DNA of 64,000 nucleotides, taken from Candidatus Binatia bacterium. GTDB taxonomy: Bacteria; Verrucomicrobiota; Verrucomicrobiia; Limisphaerales; UBA8199. Below the pieces are notes generated by a model. The model was not told the DNA's origin. It saw only the letters and a list, made by a program, of their open reading frames with translations, and ran no database searches. The stretch is from positions 1 to 64,000 of the forward strand of contig DATMQA010000088.1 of assembly GCA_035566895.1 (NCBI GenBank), in the 5' to 3' direction. This document shows, piece after piece, positions 55,996 through 64,000 of the stretch. A program made the translations under genes and the position numbers. Numbering within the stretch: the stretch's first letter is position 1; every line of letters starts with the position of its first letter.

Positions 55996-57336
55996 ATGTT
56001 CGATTCGTTAAGCGGCAAGCTGCAGAACGCCTTTCGCAACCTGCGGGGGCTGGGGAAGATCTCCGAGGGCAACGTCGGGGAGGCGTTGCGCGAAGTGCGC
56101 CTGGCGTTGCTGGAGGCGGACGTCAATTTCAAGGTGGCGCGGGATTTCATCGAACGGGTCAAAAGCAAGTCGCTCGGGCAGGAGGTCGTCCAGAGCATTC
56201 AACCGGGGCAACAGATCGTCAAAATCATCCATGATGAGCTGGTGGATTTGCTGGGGTCGGCCAACGCCGGCTTGCAGTTGAGCGGCAACCCGAGCTGCGT
56301 GCTGATGGTGGGGCTGCATGGGTCGGGCAAGACGACGTCGAGCGGCAAGCTGGGGCGGTTGCTGTTGAAGCAGGGGCGCACGCCGCTGCTGGTGGCGGCG
56401 GACGTGTATCGGCCGGCGGCCATGGACCAGCTCGAAACTCTCGGCAAGCAGGTTGATTTGCCGGTATATGTCCATCGCGGCGCAACCGACGTGCTCAAGA
56501 TTGCGCGCGAGGCGCTTGAGTTTGCGCGGGCGAACAATCGCAACACGCTGATTTTCGACACGGCGGGCCGGCTGCAGATCGATGAACCGCTGGTGCAGGA
56601 GCTGGTGCGCCTGCGCGACCTGATCAAACCGCAGGAAACGCTGCTGGTGCTGGACGCGGCGACGGGCCAGGAAGCGGTGAATGTGGCGACGCATTTTGAC
56701 CAGGCGCTAAACATCACGGGCTCGATTTTGACCAGGCTCGATGGCGACGCGCGCGGCGGGGCGGCGCTGAGCATGAAGGCGGTGACGGGCAAGCCGATCA
56801 AGTTTGCCGGCATCGGCGAAAAGCTGGAGGATTTCGAGCCGTTTCATCCGGAGCGGATGGCGTCGCGCATTCTGGGGATGGGCGACGTGGTGAGCCTGGT
56901 GGAGAAGGCGGCCGAGGCGGTGGACCTGGACGAGGCGAAGCGGCTGGAAGAGAAGATGCGCAAGGGGCAGTTTTCGCTGGAGGATTTCCTGGACCAATTG
57001 CGCCAGATGAAAAAGCTGGGGTCGTTGGAATCAATTGTGGGGATGCTGCCAGGCGGGGCCGAGGTGATCAAAAACAACGACTTGAACAAGCAGGAGAAGG
57101 AATTCCGCCACATGGAGGCGATGATTTGCGGGATGACGTTTCAGGAGCGAAAGAATCCGCACATGCTGAACGCAAAGCGGCGCCAGCGGATTGCCAAGGG
57201 CAGCGGGGTGACGGTGACGGAGCTGAACACGATGCTCAACAAATTTGCCCAGATGCAGCAGATGATGAAGAAGATGGGCAAGTTCCAGAAGATGATGGCC
57301 AAGATGGGGGGCGGGGCGGCGGGGCTGCTGAGGTAA
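55996..57336 (+). CDS. ffh: Signal recognition particle protein Ffh
   Basis: N-domain and G-domain ('GLHGSGKTTSSGKLG', 'DTAGRLQIDE') plus Met-rich M-domain ('MLNKFAQMQQMMKKMGKFQKMMAKMGG'). Confidence 0.95.
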   Translation: MFDSLSGKLQNAFRNLRGLGKISEGNVGEALREVRLALLEADVNFKVARDFIERVKSKSLGQEVVQSIQPGQQIVKIIHDELVDLLGSANAGLQLSGNPSCVLMVGLHGSGKTTSSGKLGRLLLKQGRTPLLVAADVYRPAAMDQLETLGKQVDLPVYVHRGATDVLKIAREALEFARANNRNTLIFDTAGRLQIDEPLVQELVRLRDLIKPQETLLVLDAATGQEAVNVATHFDQALNITGSILTRLDGDARGGAALSMKAVTGKPIKFAGIGEKLEDFEPFHPERMASRILGMGDVVSLVEKAAEAVDLDEAKRLEEKMRKGQFSLEDFLDQLRQMKKLGSLESIVGMLPGGAEVIKNNDLNKQEKEFRHMEAMICGMTFQERKNPHMLNAKRRQRIAKGSGVTVTELNTMLNKFAQMQQMMKKMGKFQKMMAKMGGGAAGLLR

Positions 57337-57348
57337 GAAGAGTTCTGA

Positions 57349-58224
57349 CTACACCTTTCGCTCGGCAAGGACAGCGACGCCGAGCGGAGCCAACGCGACC
57401 TCCGTTACTCGTTCTTGCCCGGTAACCAGCTCGTTCATGGGATGGGGGAGCGGAACATCGTGCTGGGTCTCAGTCAGATTCAGGAGGAAGTAATAAATCG
57501 CGTCGGCCGTTTCGCGGGTAGTGACTTCGACGCCCCTCGGTGCATCGAGGAGCGGAACCAGCCGGCCGGCCGCAGCAGCCTCGCGCGCCAGGGTTTCGTA
57601 AAATCCAACGTCAGCCGAATCCGTTCCCGCATAAAAGACGAAGCCGCGTTCGTGCCGATGGCGAGTCACGGCAGGGTTTCCGGCCATGCTGCCGCCGCGA
57701 AAGGTCGCGATGGGTTCTGCGCCGTCGAGGCGGAGGCCCTCCAACATGGTTCGCGGCGCGAAAACAGTCTCGCTGCCGGAGAAGACGATGCCTAAAGCGG
57801 CATTGAGTTTGGGATCGAGCATCCCCGCGGCCAGGTTTTCCTCCTTGGAAAGCTCGGAGACCGCGGTTACGCCGGCCATGGCAGCGAAAGGACCCGGTGG
57901 AAGCACCCGGCGCATGCTGTTGTCCGGGTTTTGCGTGCCGGCGTGGAAATTCAGGACCAGGATGCCGCCAGCGGCCACATAGGCCCGCAGCCGGGACACA
58001 GTCGCATCATCGACGAGGCGCAAATTGGGCGCAAAGATCAGTTTGTAAGCGGAGAGCGGGGCGGTGGGGGGCACTACATCGACGTTGCGCTGCAGGACTC
58101 TGATCCCGCGATAATTGCGCTCTCCGTCGGCATCGTAATTTCGGCCGCTGCCCCAAAAGCCTTGCGACCATTCATTGGCATAATCATCTGGCGGAAATCG
58201 CTCTCCCATTGCGCTTCGTCCCAC
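57349..58224 (-). CDS. Beta-galactosidase (GH42-type) trimerisation-like domain protein; probably a remnant. The TAT-signal/'YYPE' N-terminal piece is in a different frame at 58224..58436
   Basis: 'AGGILVLNFHAGTQ' GATase1-like trimerisation-domain pattern. The upstream ORF 58224..58436 'MEITRRDFLKLSSLASVGLSLPLVA...WDHYFLGSSYYPE' ends in a stop overlapping this start. No TIM-barrel catalytic domain between them. Confidence 0.55.
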   Translation of the reverse strand: MGRSAMGERFPPDDYANEWSQGFWGSGRNYDADGERNYRGIRVLQRNVDVVPPTAPLSAYKLIFAPNLRLVDDATVSRLRAYVAAGGILVLNFHAGTQNPDNSMRRVLPPGPFAAMAGVTAVSELSKEENLAAGMLDPKLNAALGIVFSGSETVFAPRTMLEGLRLDGAEPIATFRGGSMAGNPAVTRHRHERGFVFYAGTDSADVGFYETLAREAAAAGRLVPLLDAPRGVEVTTRETADAIYYFLLNLTETQHDVPLPHPMNELVTGQERVTEVALAPLGVAVLAERKV

Positions 58225-58471
58225 TATTCGGGGTAATAGGAGGAGCCAAGAAAATAATGGTCCCAGGCGCGGGTGGGGTGATTGGTGCCAGGGGCAGCCG
58301 GCACGGTCCGGCAGGCGACCAGCGGGAGAGAGAGACCGACGGAGGCCAGGCTGCTCAGTTTAAGAAAATCACGGCGGGTAATTTCCATAGGTGGACTCAC
58401 TCGCAAGGCATAAACGAAACCGAACGGATGGCGCAAGCCGTTATCCGATTAATCATTCAGCAACGCTCGCC

Positions 58472-60274
58472 CTACCGACCGGGTTCGGCGAGAGGAACAC
58501 CGCCGGCGCTGCACTCGCCCGGGCCGCGGCCTTCGAGCGAGAAGGGCACTTGGGCGTCCCAATCGAAGTAAAAGCTTTGGTCCGCGGTGAGCGCCGGGAC
58601 AGGACGATAGCGGACCGCGAGTTCTTCAGCCGTTTTGCGCCCGCCGTTGTCGATGAAGCGGTGGAAATCGGGCGCTTCGGCCGACTGCAGAAAAGCGGCG
58701 AGAAAATCCTGAAGGAACGCCGGAACATTTTTCGCCGGGAGGGTGTCTGCGCCGGCGCCAAATCGAGTTAGGCCTTCGGCTACTCGCCCACCCAGCAGGA
58801 CGGAGTAATGGGGAACCAGGCGGCCCTCGACGCGCCGTGCCGCGCCGTGCAAGCCGATGTCCGCCACCGGGTGGCGCCCGCAGGAATTGGGACAGCCGCT
58901 GATCTGGATTTTGAGGTCACCGAGCTTTTTCAAGTCCAGGTTGCTGGCCTCCAGACTGGCGGTTATCGCTTTGGCCAGACCGCGTGACAGGCAGATACCC
59001 AAACGGCAGGTGGATGCGCCGGCGCAAGCGACCAGGTTGCGCAGAACGGATGGGCGCGGCTCCGCTAACTCAAGGGGTTTGAGTTTTTGATGAAGCGCGG
59101 CCAATTCCGACTCCGCGATCCATCGCAGCGCGAGATTCTGAGATTGAGTGGCGCACAACAGCCGGTCTCCATGCGCGGCGACGACGTCCGCCAAGGCCGC
59201 CATTTTGCCGGCCTCGATATCGCCCAGCGGCAGTGGCAGCTCCACGATAAAGAATCCCGGATGCTTTTGCGGTCGGACATGGCATTGCCGCCAGATTGAG
59301 AACTCAGGGAGCACCGGAGCCTGGAGCGTGCCGGCCTGGCCCGCTGCCTTTAGGTTCCGCGGCCCTGAGGCGCCGGCGCTTTGACTATTGCCAGGATATG
59401 CCCGGGTCTGGAGCGGCGCAAGGTTCATGGCGCGCAGCCCGGCCAGTTGATTCTGGTAAAGTTCGACAAAGGTGATGAAGCCGATGCGTTCGACGAGGAA
59501 TCGGAGCCGGGCGAGGTGCTTGTTTTTGCGCTCCCCGTGTTGGTTGAAAACGCGTTTGACCGCCTCGGCGACGAGAAAGGCCTCCGCCGCCGGCACGAAA
59601 TCGTGGAGCAAAACGGCCACGCGGCTTTTCGCGCCCATGCCGCCGGCGACATATACCGCGAAGCCATCACCGCCGTCTTTGCGGCGCGTGATGAAGCCCA
59701 GGTCCTGCACCGTCACGCCGGCGCAATCGGAAGCGCAACCGGAGAAGGCGATTTTATATTTGCGCGGAAGCTGGAACGAAACCGGGTCGGCGATGAGGCG
59801 TTCGGTCAAAGCAACTGCGAAGGGGGCGACGTCGAACAGTTCTCGCGGGCACACGCCGCAATCGGGGCAGGCGGTAATGTTCCGCACGGTGTTGCCGCCG
59901 CCGCCTTTGGTGGCGAGGCCCGCCCCACGCAGCGACTCGAGGGCCGGATGAATGGCGTCGAGGGGAACGCGATGCACCTGGAGTTCCTGGCGCGTCGTCA
60001 CGTGGAGAATGCCGTTGCCAAACGATTTTGAAACGTGGGCCAGGCGCCGCAATTGAGCGGGCAGCACTCCGCCCGCGGGACAGCGCACTCGCAACATGTA
60101 AGTGCCCGACTCCCGCTGCTCATAAACGCCCATGGGCACACGGAAGGCGCGGAATTCTTCCACGGACATGGTCCCGGCCTTAAACCGCTCGACGTTAGCC
60201 TTGAACTCAGCCAGGTCGTTGGCCAGGCAGGAGGGAATTTGGAAGGCCCAACGGGGCATCGCGGAAATTCGCAT
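58472..60274 (-). CDS. Ferredoxin-dependent sulfite/nitrite reductase (siroheme + 4Fe-4S)
   Basis: Two NIR_SIR ferredoxin-like halves. 'CPNSCGRHPVADIGL' and 'ACPDCGVCP' Cys clusters. Confidence 0.9.
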   Translation of the reverse strand: MRISAMPRWAFQIPSCLANDLAEFKANVERFKAGTMSVEEFRAFRVPMGVYEQRESGTYMLRVRCPAGGVLPAQLRRLAHVSKSFGNGILHVTTRQELQVHRVPLDAIHPALESLRGAGLATKGGGGNTVRNITACPDCGVCPRELFDVAPFAVALTERLIADPVSFQLPRKYKIAFSGCASDCAGVTVQDLGFITRRKDGGDGFAVYVAGGMGAKSRVAVLLHDFVPAAEAFLVAEAVKRVFNQHGERKNKHLARLRFLVERIGFITFVELYQNQLAGLRAMNLAPLQTRAYPGNSQSAGASGPRNLKAAGQAGTLQAPVLPEFSIWRQCHVRPQKHPGFFIVELPLPLGDIEAGKMAALADVVAAHGDRLLCATQSQNLALRWIAESELAALHQKLKPLELAEPRPSVLRNLVACAGASTCRLGICLSRGLAKAITASLEASNLDLKKLGDLKIQISGCPNSCGRHPVADIGLHGAARRVEGRLVPHYSVLLGGRVAEGLTRFGAGADTLPAKNVPAFLQDFLAAFLQSAEAPDFHRFIDNGGRKTAEELAVRYRPVPALTADQSFYFDWDAQVPFSLEGRGPGECSAGGVPLAEPGR

Positions 60275-60482
60275 ACCTTAATACCGCCTTGCGCGCCGCT
60301 TTTGTAAAGGGAATCCGCGCGTCCTGCCAATTTATAAGCGGCTTTTGCCAAAATTGGTAAACCCGCCTGCGCTTGCGGTGACTACTGGTGGCGACGGAGC
60401 CAGACGGACGCGGTAACAAGCGGGCCAGTTGGCGGCGGGGTTTTGGCGAGCGGAATCAGTTACCTGAGGTGACCGCTGCCGG

Positions 60483-61022
60483 CTAACTCTCGGGGTGCGC
60501 TTTGGCGAGCGCATCCTCTGCCTGGCGGGGAGCCGGCGCGGGGCGGGATGCCTCGGGAGCCTGGCTCAACCGCAACCAAAAGTCGCTGATGGCCTGGCTG
60601 ACTTCGGCTAACCGAGCGAAGGAGCTGGGTTTGGTGACGTAGGAATTGGCCCCGAGTTTATAGGCACGGCTAATGTCCTCGGCCGCGCCCGAAGCGGTGA
60701 GCACGACGACGCGCAAGCTCTTAAAGGTGGGCTGGGAGCGAATCCATTGGAGCACCTCGAACCCATCCATCATCCCAGGCATTCTGAGGTCGAGGAGCAC
60801 CAGGGCGGGGAGGGGAAACTCGGCGCGGTTGGCGTAGGGGCCGAACCCACTAAGGTAGGCGACGGCTTCTCCGCCGCTTCTGACCACCTGAAGAGGGTTG
60901 GTGATATTAGCCTGGTCGAAGGCACAGCGAAGCAGGGCCACGTCATCCTCGGAGTCCTCGACAAGGAGAAGGAGAGCTTGAGCGCGCATATCGGCGTGAA
61001 ATGATTCGGCAAGATGCGTCAC
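60483..61022 (-). CDS. Single-domain response regulator (receiver only)
   Basis: 'LLLVEDSEDD', 'LVLLDLRMPGMMDGFEVL', 'VVVLTAS', 'KLGANSYVTKP'. Confidence 0.85.
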   Translation of the reverse strand: MTHLAESFHADMRAQALLLLVEDSEDDVALLRCAFDQANITNPLQVVRSGGEAVAYLSGFGPYANRAEFPLPALVLLDLRMPGMMDGFEVLQWIRSQPTFKSLRVVVLTASGAAEDISRAYKLGANSYVTKPSSFARLAEVSQAISDFWLRLSQAPEASRPAPAPRQAEDALAKAHPES

Positions 61023-61082
61023 GCAGGAGGTTGGGGCTATGGGGTGTCCGCCCCAGCGCCGCGCGCTTGGGGGCGGCGGAAG

Positions 61083-61232
61083 GCTTAAAAAGGTTAAAAG
61101 GGTTAAAAAGGTTACAAGGTTACAAGAGTTAAAAGAGTTAGAAGGGTTAAACGGGTTAAGAAGGTCAAAGAGGTTACGAGGGTTACAAAGTTACAAGGTT
61201 ACGAGGGTTACAAAGTTACAAGGTTACAAGGG
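61083..61232. repeat. Long tandem array (about 17 units) of 9-bp GGTTA(A/C)AAG-type repeats (same unit family as the 30038/31166/31993 elements)
   Basis: aggcttaaaaaggttaaaagggttaaaaaggttacaaggttacaagagttaaaagagttagaagggttaaacgggttaagaaggtcaaagaggttacgagggttacaaagttacaaggttacgagggttacaaagttacaaggttacaagggtt. Confidence 0.85.
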
Positions 61233-61376
61233 TTCCCTTGGGAAGGGGGAGTCACCAATCGGTCCTTCACCCCATTGAGCAAACCACCCCAAGCGCTCCA
61301 TGTTAGGTTCGGGGGGGCGAGCCTCTGGTTCGTCCCGGCGCGCCAAAAGCCGGAATTAATTACAGTGGACTGGAGG

Positions 61377-61679
61377 TCAGGCCGCTTCGCGGACCATGTC
61401 CATGCTGCCGAATGGATTGGGGACGCGCACGGTGCATTCAGGGTCGTCGAACCATTCACCATCCACGATGAAGCGGTAGGTGTGTTTGCCTGGGCGCAGT
61501 TGGATCGAGGTTGTCCAAATGCCGTCCTTGTCCTTGCGCATCAGGATGCTGTGCTTGCGCCATTCGGTAAAGTCGCCAGCCAGGAGAACGCTGATGGCGT
61601 TGGGAGCAAAAAAGCGAAAAGTTTGGTTCCGGGAAGTTGAGGTTGGTTTGGTCATAAGCATGAAATTTTTCTCGAACAT
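61377..61679 (-). CDS. Glycogen-binding (CBM48 / AMPK-beta GBD-like) domain protein
   Basis: 'FRFFAPNAISVLLAGDFTEW...GIWTTSIQLRPGKHTYRFIVDGEWFDDP'. Confidence 0.7.
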   Translation of the reverse strand: MFEKNFMLMTKPTSTSRNQTFRFFAPNAISVLLAGDFTEWRKHSILMRKDKDGIWTTSIQLRPGKHTYRFIVDGEWFDDPECTVRVPNPFGSMDMVREAA

Positions 61680-61751
61680 CGCCTAGGGCATTTTTGGAGT
61701 CAACGGTAGGCATATACCCCAGGACAATTCCTCGGGAGTTTTGGCTATTTC

Positions 61752-61950
61752 AAGCAGCCCGGCATGGGCGGACACGCGCACCGCGACCAGTATTCATAAG
61801 TGCCGCGCAGGATCTCCATCAGGTCGTTCAACGCAGTGGGCTTGGTGAAGTAGGAATTGGCGCCCAGGCGATAAGCCTCGCACACATCTCTTTCCAGGTT
61901 TAGGATCGTCCTCAATCAGGAGCATGCTCAACCGTCCCAACTTCATCACC
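61752..61950 (-). pseudogene. Internally deleted response-regulator receiver remnant (beta1 'MLLIEDDPKPGKR' joined by a frameshift to alpha5 '...EAYRLGANSYFTKPTALNDLMEILRGTYEYWSRCACPPMPGCLK*')
   Basis: Both ends match the receiver family at 60483..61022 and the fragment at 53990..54148. The middle ~90 residues are absent. Confidence 0.5.
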
Positions 61951-62145
61951 CAATATACCACCAATTTCTGACGGGGCACGCTGGTGCTTGTTCTCCCGAC
62001 GGCTGCACTACAAGGCGGGCGGATGTCGGCACGGTCCTGGTGCCATTGCCCCGGCTCGTGGGTGGCTAGTGGCGCAATCGCATCCGAACGTCCTGTTCGG
62101 GATCGTATGAATTGACCTGACGGGGAGGGGGGGCATAATGGTTCC

Positions 62146-63990
62146 ATGTCCCTGCTAAGAAGCGCCGAGGCATGGCTGCCGCGCCTGCGGCGATTGATTT
62201 GTGCGTTTGCGGTTGCGGGCGCCGCGGTGTTTGGCGGGGGTTTTCCGTTTCGAGCAGAGGGGGTGGAGTATCTCATTGATGTTTGGGACACGGAGAAAGG
62301 TTTGCCCAACAGCTCGGTAACGGCGATCGCCCAAACGCCCGATGGTTATCTATGGGTGGGAACGTATAACGGGCTGGCGCGATTCGACGGGGTGCGATTT
62401 ACCACTTTCAACGCGCCCGAGTTAGGGCACGCGCGGACGCAGGACCTTTTCGTCGACAACAATGGGACGCTATGGATCAACACCTACCGCGGCGGGCTGA
62501 CGTCGTATCGCAACGGGGTGTTTCGGCGCGAATGGCCTGAACGGGGCGAGTTCGACAGCCACACGATATTGGCGGCCTCGTCCTCAAACGAGGTGGTGTT
62601 TGTTACGCAGGCGGGCGAGGTGCTGCGCCGGCAGGGCGCGGCGGCGGACAGGAACGCGGCCTGGAGCAGGGTGACGCCGCCGGGGGGAGCGCGCCTGCTT
62701 TACGGTTGCGCGGATGGCCAGGGGACGCTGTGGTTCATGACGCGCGAGGGCCGGCTGATGAAAGAGACCGGCGGGGAGTTCAAGGAAGTGGCGGAGTCGT
62801 GCGGCCTGGCGGGAAGGGTGCTGGCACTGGCGGCCGATGCGAAGGGAAAAGTCTGGACGGGCACCGACCGCGAGGTGGCGGTGTGGGAAGGCGGTGAGTT
62901 CCGGCCTTTGAACGACACGAACAGCGAGCCGGCCCTGGATGCACAATTTGTATTGCCGACTCGCGACGGGGGTTTGTGGGTGCTGGCGGACGGGCGCTTG
63001 CGCAAACGGATGGGCCGGCAATGGGCCGGGGAAGCAAAGGAGTGGCGGGGGTTGCTGGGGCGAGCTTCGGGCCGGGCGATGGGGATGCACGAGGATCGGG
63101 AAGGCGGGGTTTGGTTCAACCATTACGGCAACGGCCTGTTCCATGTGACCCCCGACGGGCAGTTTCAGCGGTTCACGACCGATGAAGGATTGCCGGGGGA
63201 CCGGGTGTGGGCGTGGTTCGAGGATGCCGAAGGGAACCTGTGGGTAGGGGTCGAGCGAGGCGGGTTGGTGCGGCTGCGCGAGAAGCGGTTTCAGGTGATC
63301 GGGCCGGGGGAGGGACTGCCGGCGCGAGCGGCGCAATCGGTTTGCGAGGATGAAAGCGGAGCGATGTGGTTCGGGACGGCAGGAGGGGGTTTGTGCCGCT
63401 GGAAAAGCGGGGGCCTGGAGAGCTTTCCCGTCGGCACGGATGCTTCGGGCAATTTTGTGTTCTCAGTTTTTCCGTCGCGAGCCCAGGGGTTGTGGTTGAG
63501 CGCAGCGGCGGGTGAGGACCTGTTCATTTTCAAGGGGGGACAAGTTCGGCGAGCGCCCTGGCAGGTTCATGGCATCAAAGCCATCCTGGAAGATCGAGGC
63601 GGGCGCGTGTGGATGGGAACCAAAAGCGGCCTGAGCTGGTACACGCCGGAGCGGCGGGGGAGCTTCGGCGCGCGGGACGGCCTGACGGTCTCGGCGGTGC
63701 GCGCGCTGGCCGAGGGCGCGAACGGCAGCATTTGGTGCGGCAATGATGAGGGCAGTTTGTATCGATGCCAGGCGGAGCGGTTGACGGCGTTTCGTCCGGC
63801 AGATGCGCTGGCGGACCAGCCGATTTGGTCGTTGCTGGCGGATGCCGAGGGGACGGTCTGGGCGGGAACCTTCCAGGGAGGATTGCTGCGGTTCAAAGAG
63901 GGGAGCTTCAAGCGGGTGACGACGGAGCAAGGACTGCCCAGCGATGTTATCTGCGAGATCCTGGAGGACGGGAAGGGCCAGCTCTGGCTC
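62146..63990 (+). CDS. Two-component-regulator propeller (Y_Y_Y-type ligand-binding sensor) domain protein, probably a hybrid sensor kinase; 3' end runs off the window
   Basis: ATG 62146. Signal/TM 'LICAFAVAGAAVFGG'. Repeated 'GLPxxxVxxIxQDxxGxLWIGTxxGL' blades to the end of the window. The frame is open through 63990. Not in the ORF track because it has no stop. Confidence 0.8.
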
Positions 63991-64000
63991 GGGACTTATC

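Noticed and set aside
56008-56813. Minus-strand ORFs overlapping ffh
   Set aside because: ffh is unambiguous on the + strand. The antisense ORFs are Arg/Ala/Pro-rich artefacts.
61083-61232. CRISPR array
   Set aside because: Units are 9 bp, contiguous, with no spacers and no cas genes. The same holds for the 7-bp tract at 29237 and the 100-bp units at 21795.
61039-61278. ORF translating '…RLKKVKRVKKVTRLQELKELEGL…'
   Set aside because: Same artefact over the long 9-bp array at 61083-61232.
62584-63930. Minus-strand ORFs (62584..63336, 63463..63930 and others) inside the propeller sensor gene
   Set aside because: Pro/Arg-rich antisense frames. The + frame from 62146 is open to the window end with clear propeller blades.

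Overview
This is a high-GC bacterial chromosomal segment with a Verrucomicrobia/Planctomycetes-like gene repertoire. It mixes housekeeping genes (ffh, tRNA-Arg, tRNA-Tyr, gamma-glutamyltranspeptidase, siroheme sulfite/nitrite reductase, an Mla-like ABC lipid-transport operon, flotillin) with a clearly accessory component. The most striking locus is a tight minus-strand cluster of five secreted fibre/adhesin-like genes (7131..13811). Two of them end in phage tail-fibre-type intramolecular chaperone (peptidase S74-like) domains, one carries about 20 YadA-head-like glycine-rich repeats, and two share a conserved non-canonical N-terminal leader 'MKP(x)MQNSGKIGxxAQxCSSG'. Three secreted proteins in the window share a C-terminal ~70-aa domain ending in an aromatic-aromatic-R-L motif. 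The fibre cluster sits between two ECF-sigma + Ser/Thr-kinase signalling modules; the second kinase carries a WD40 propeller. Other accessory features are a ~2.1 kb intergenic island built from a ~0.5 kb segmental duplication that flanks a start-less RCC1-repeat gene fragment. That duplication contains ~100-bp tandem units and a long perfect-stem hairpin. There is also a dispersed family of intergenic 9-bp tandem arrays (GTTAAAAGG-like) with a conserved palindromic tail, a heptamer tract (GTAATCA)x8 upstream of a hydrolase gene, a perfect 35-bp inverted repeat, several decayed genes (GH28 frameshift, response-regulator receiver remnants that keep only their termini, a GH42-like fragment), a stand-alone D12-class N6-adenine methyltransferase, and a sugar-oxidation style cluster (Gfo/Idh/MocA, ThuA, DUF1080, quinone oxidoreductase). 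No CRISPR array, integrase or transposase was recognised. The ORF track contains many antisense or alternate-frame artefacts typical of GC-rich DNA; these are listed under noticed_but_rejected.
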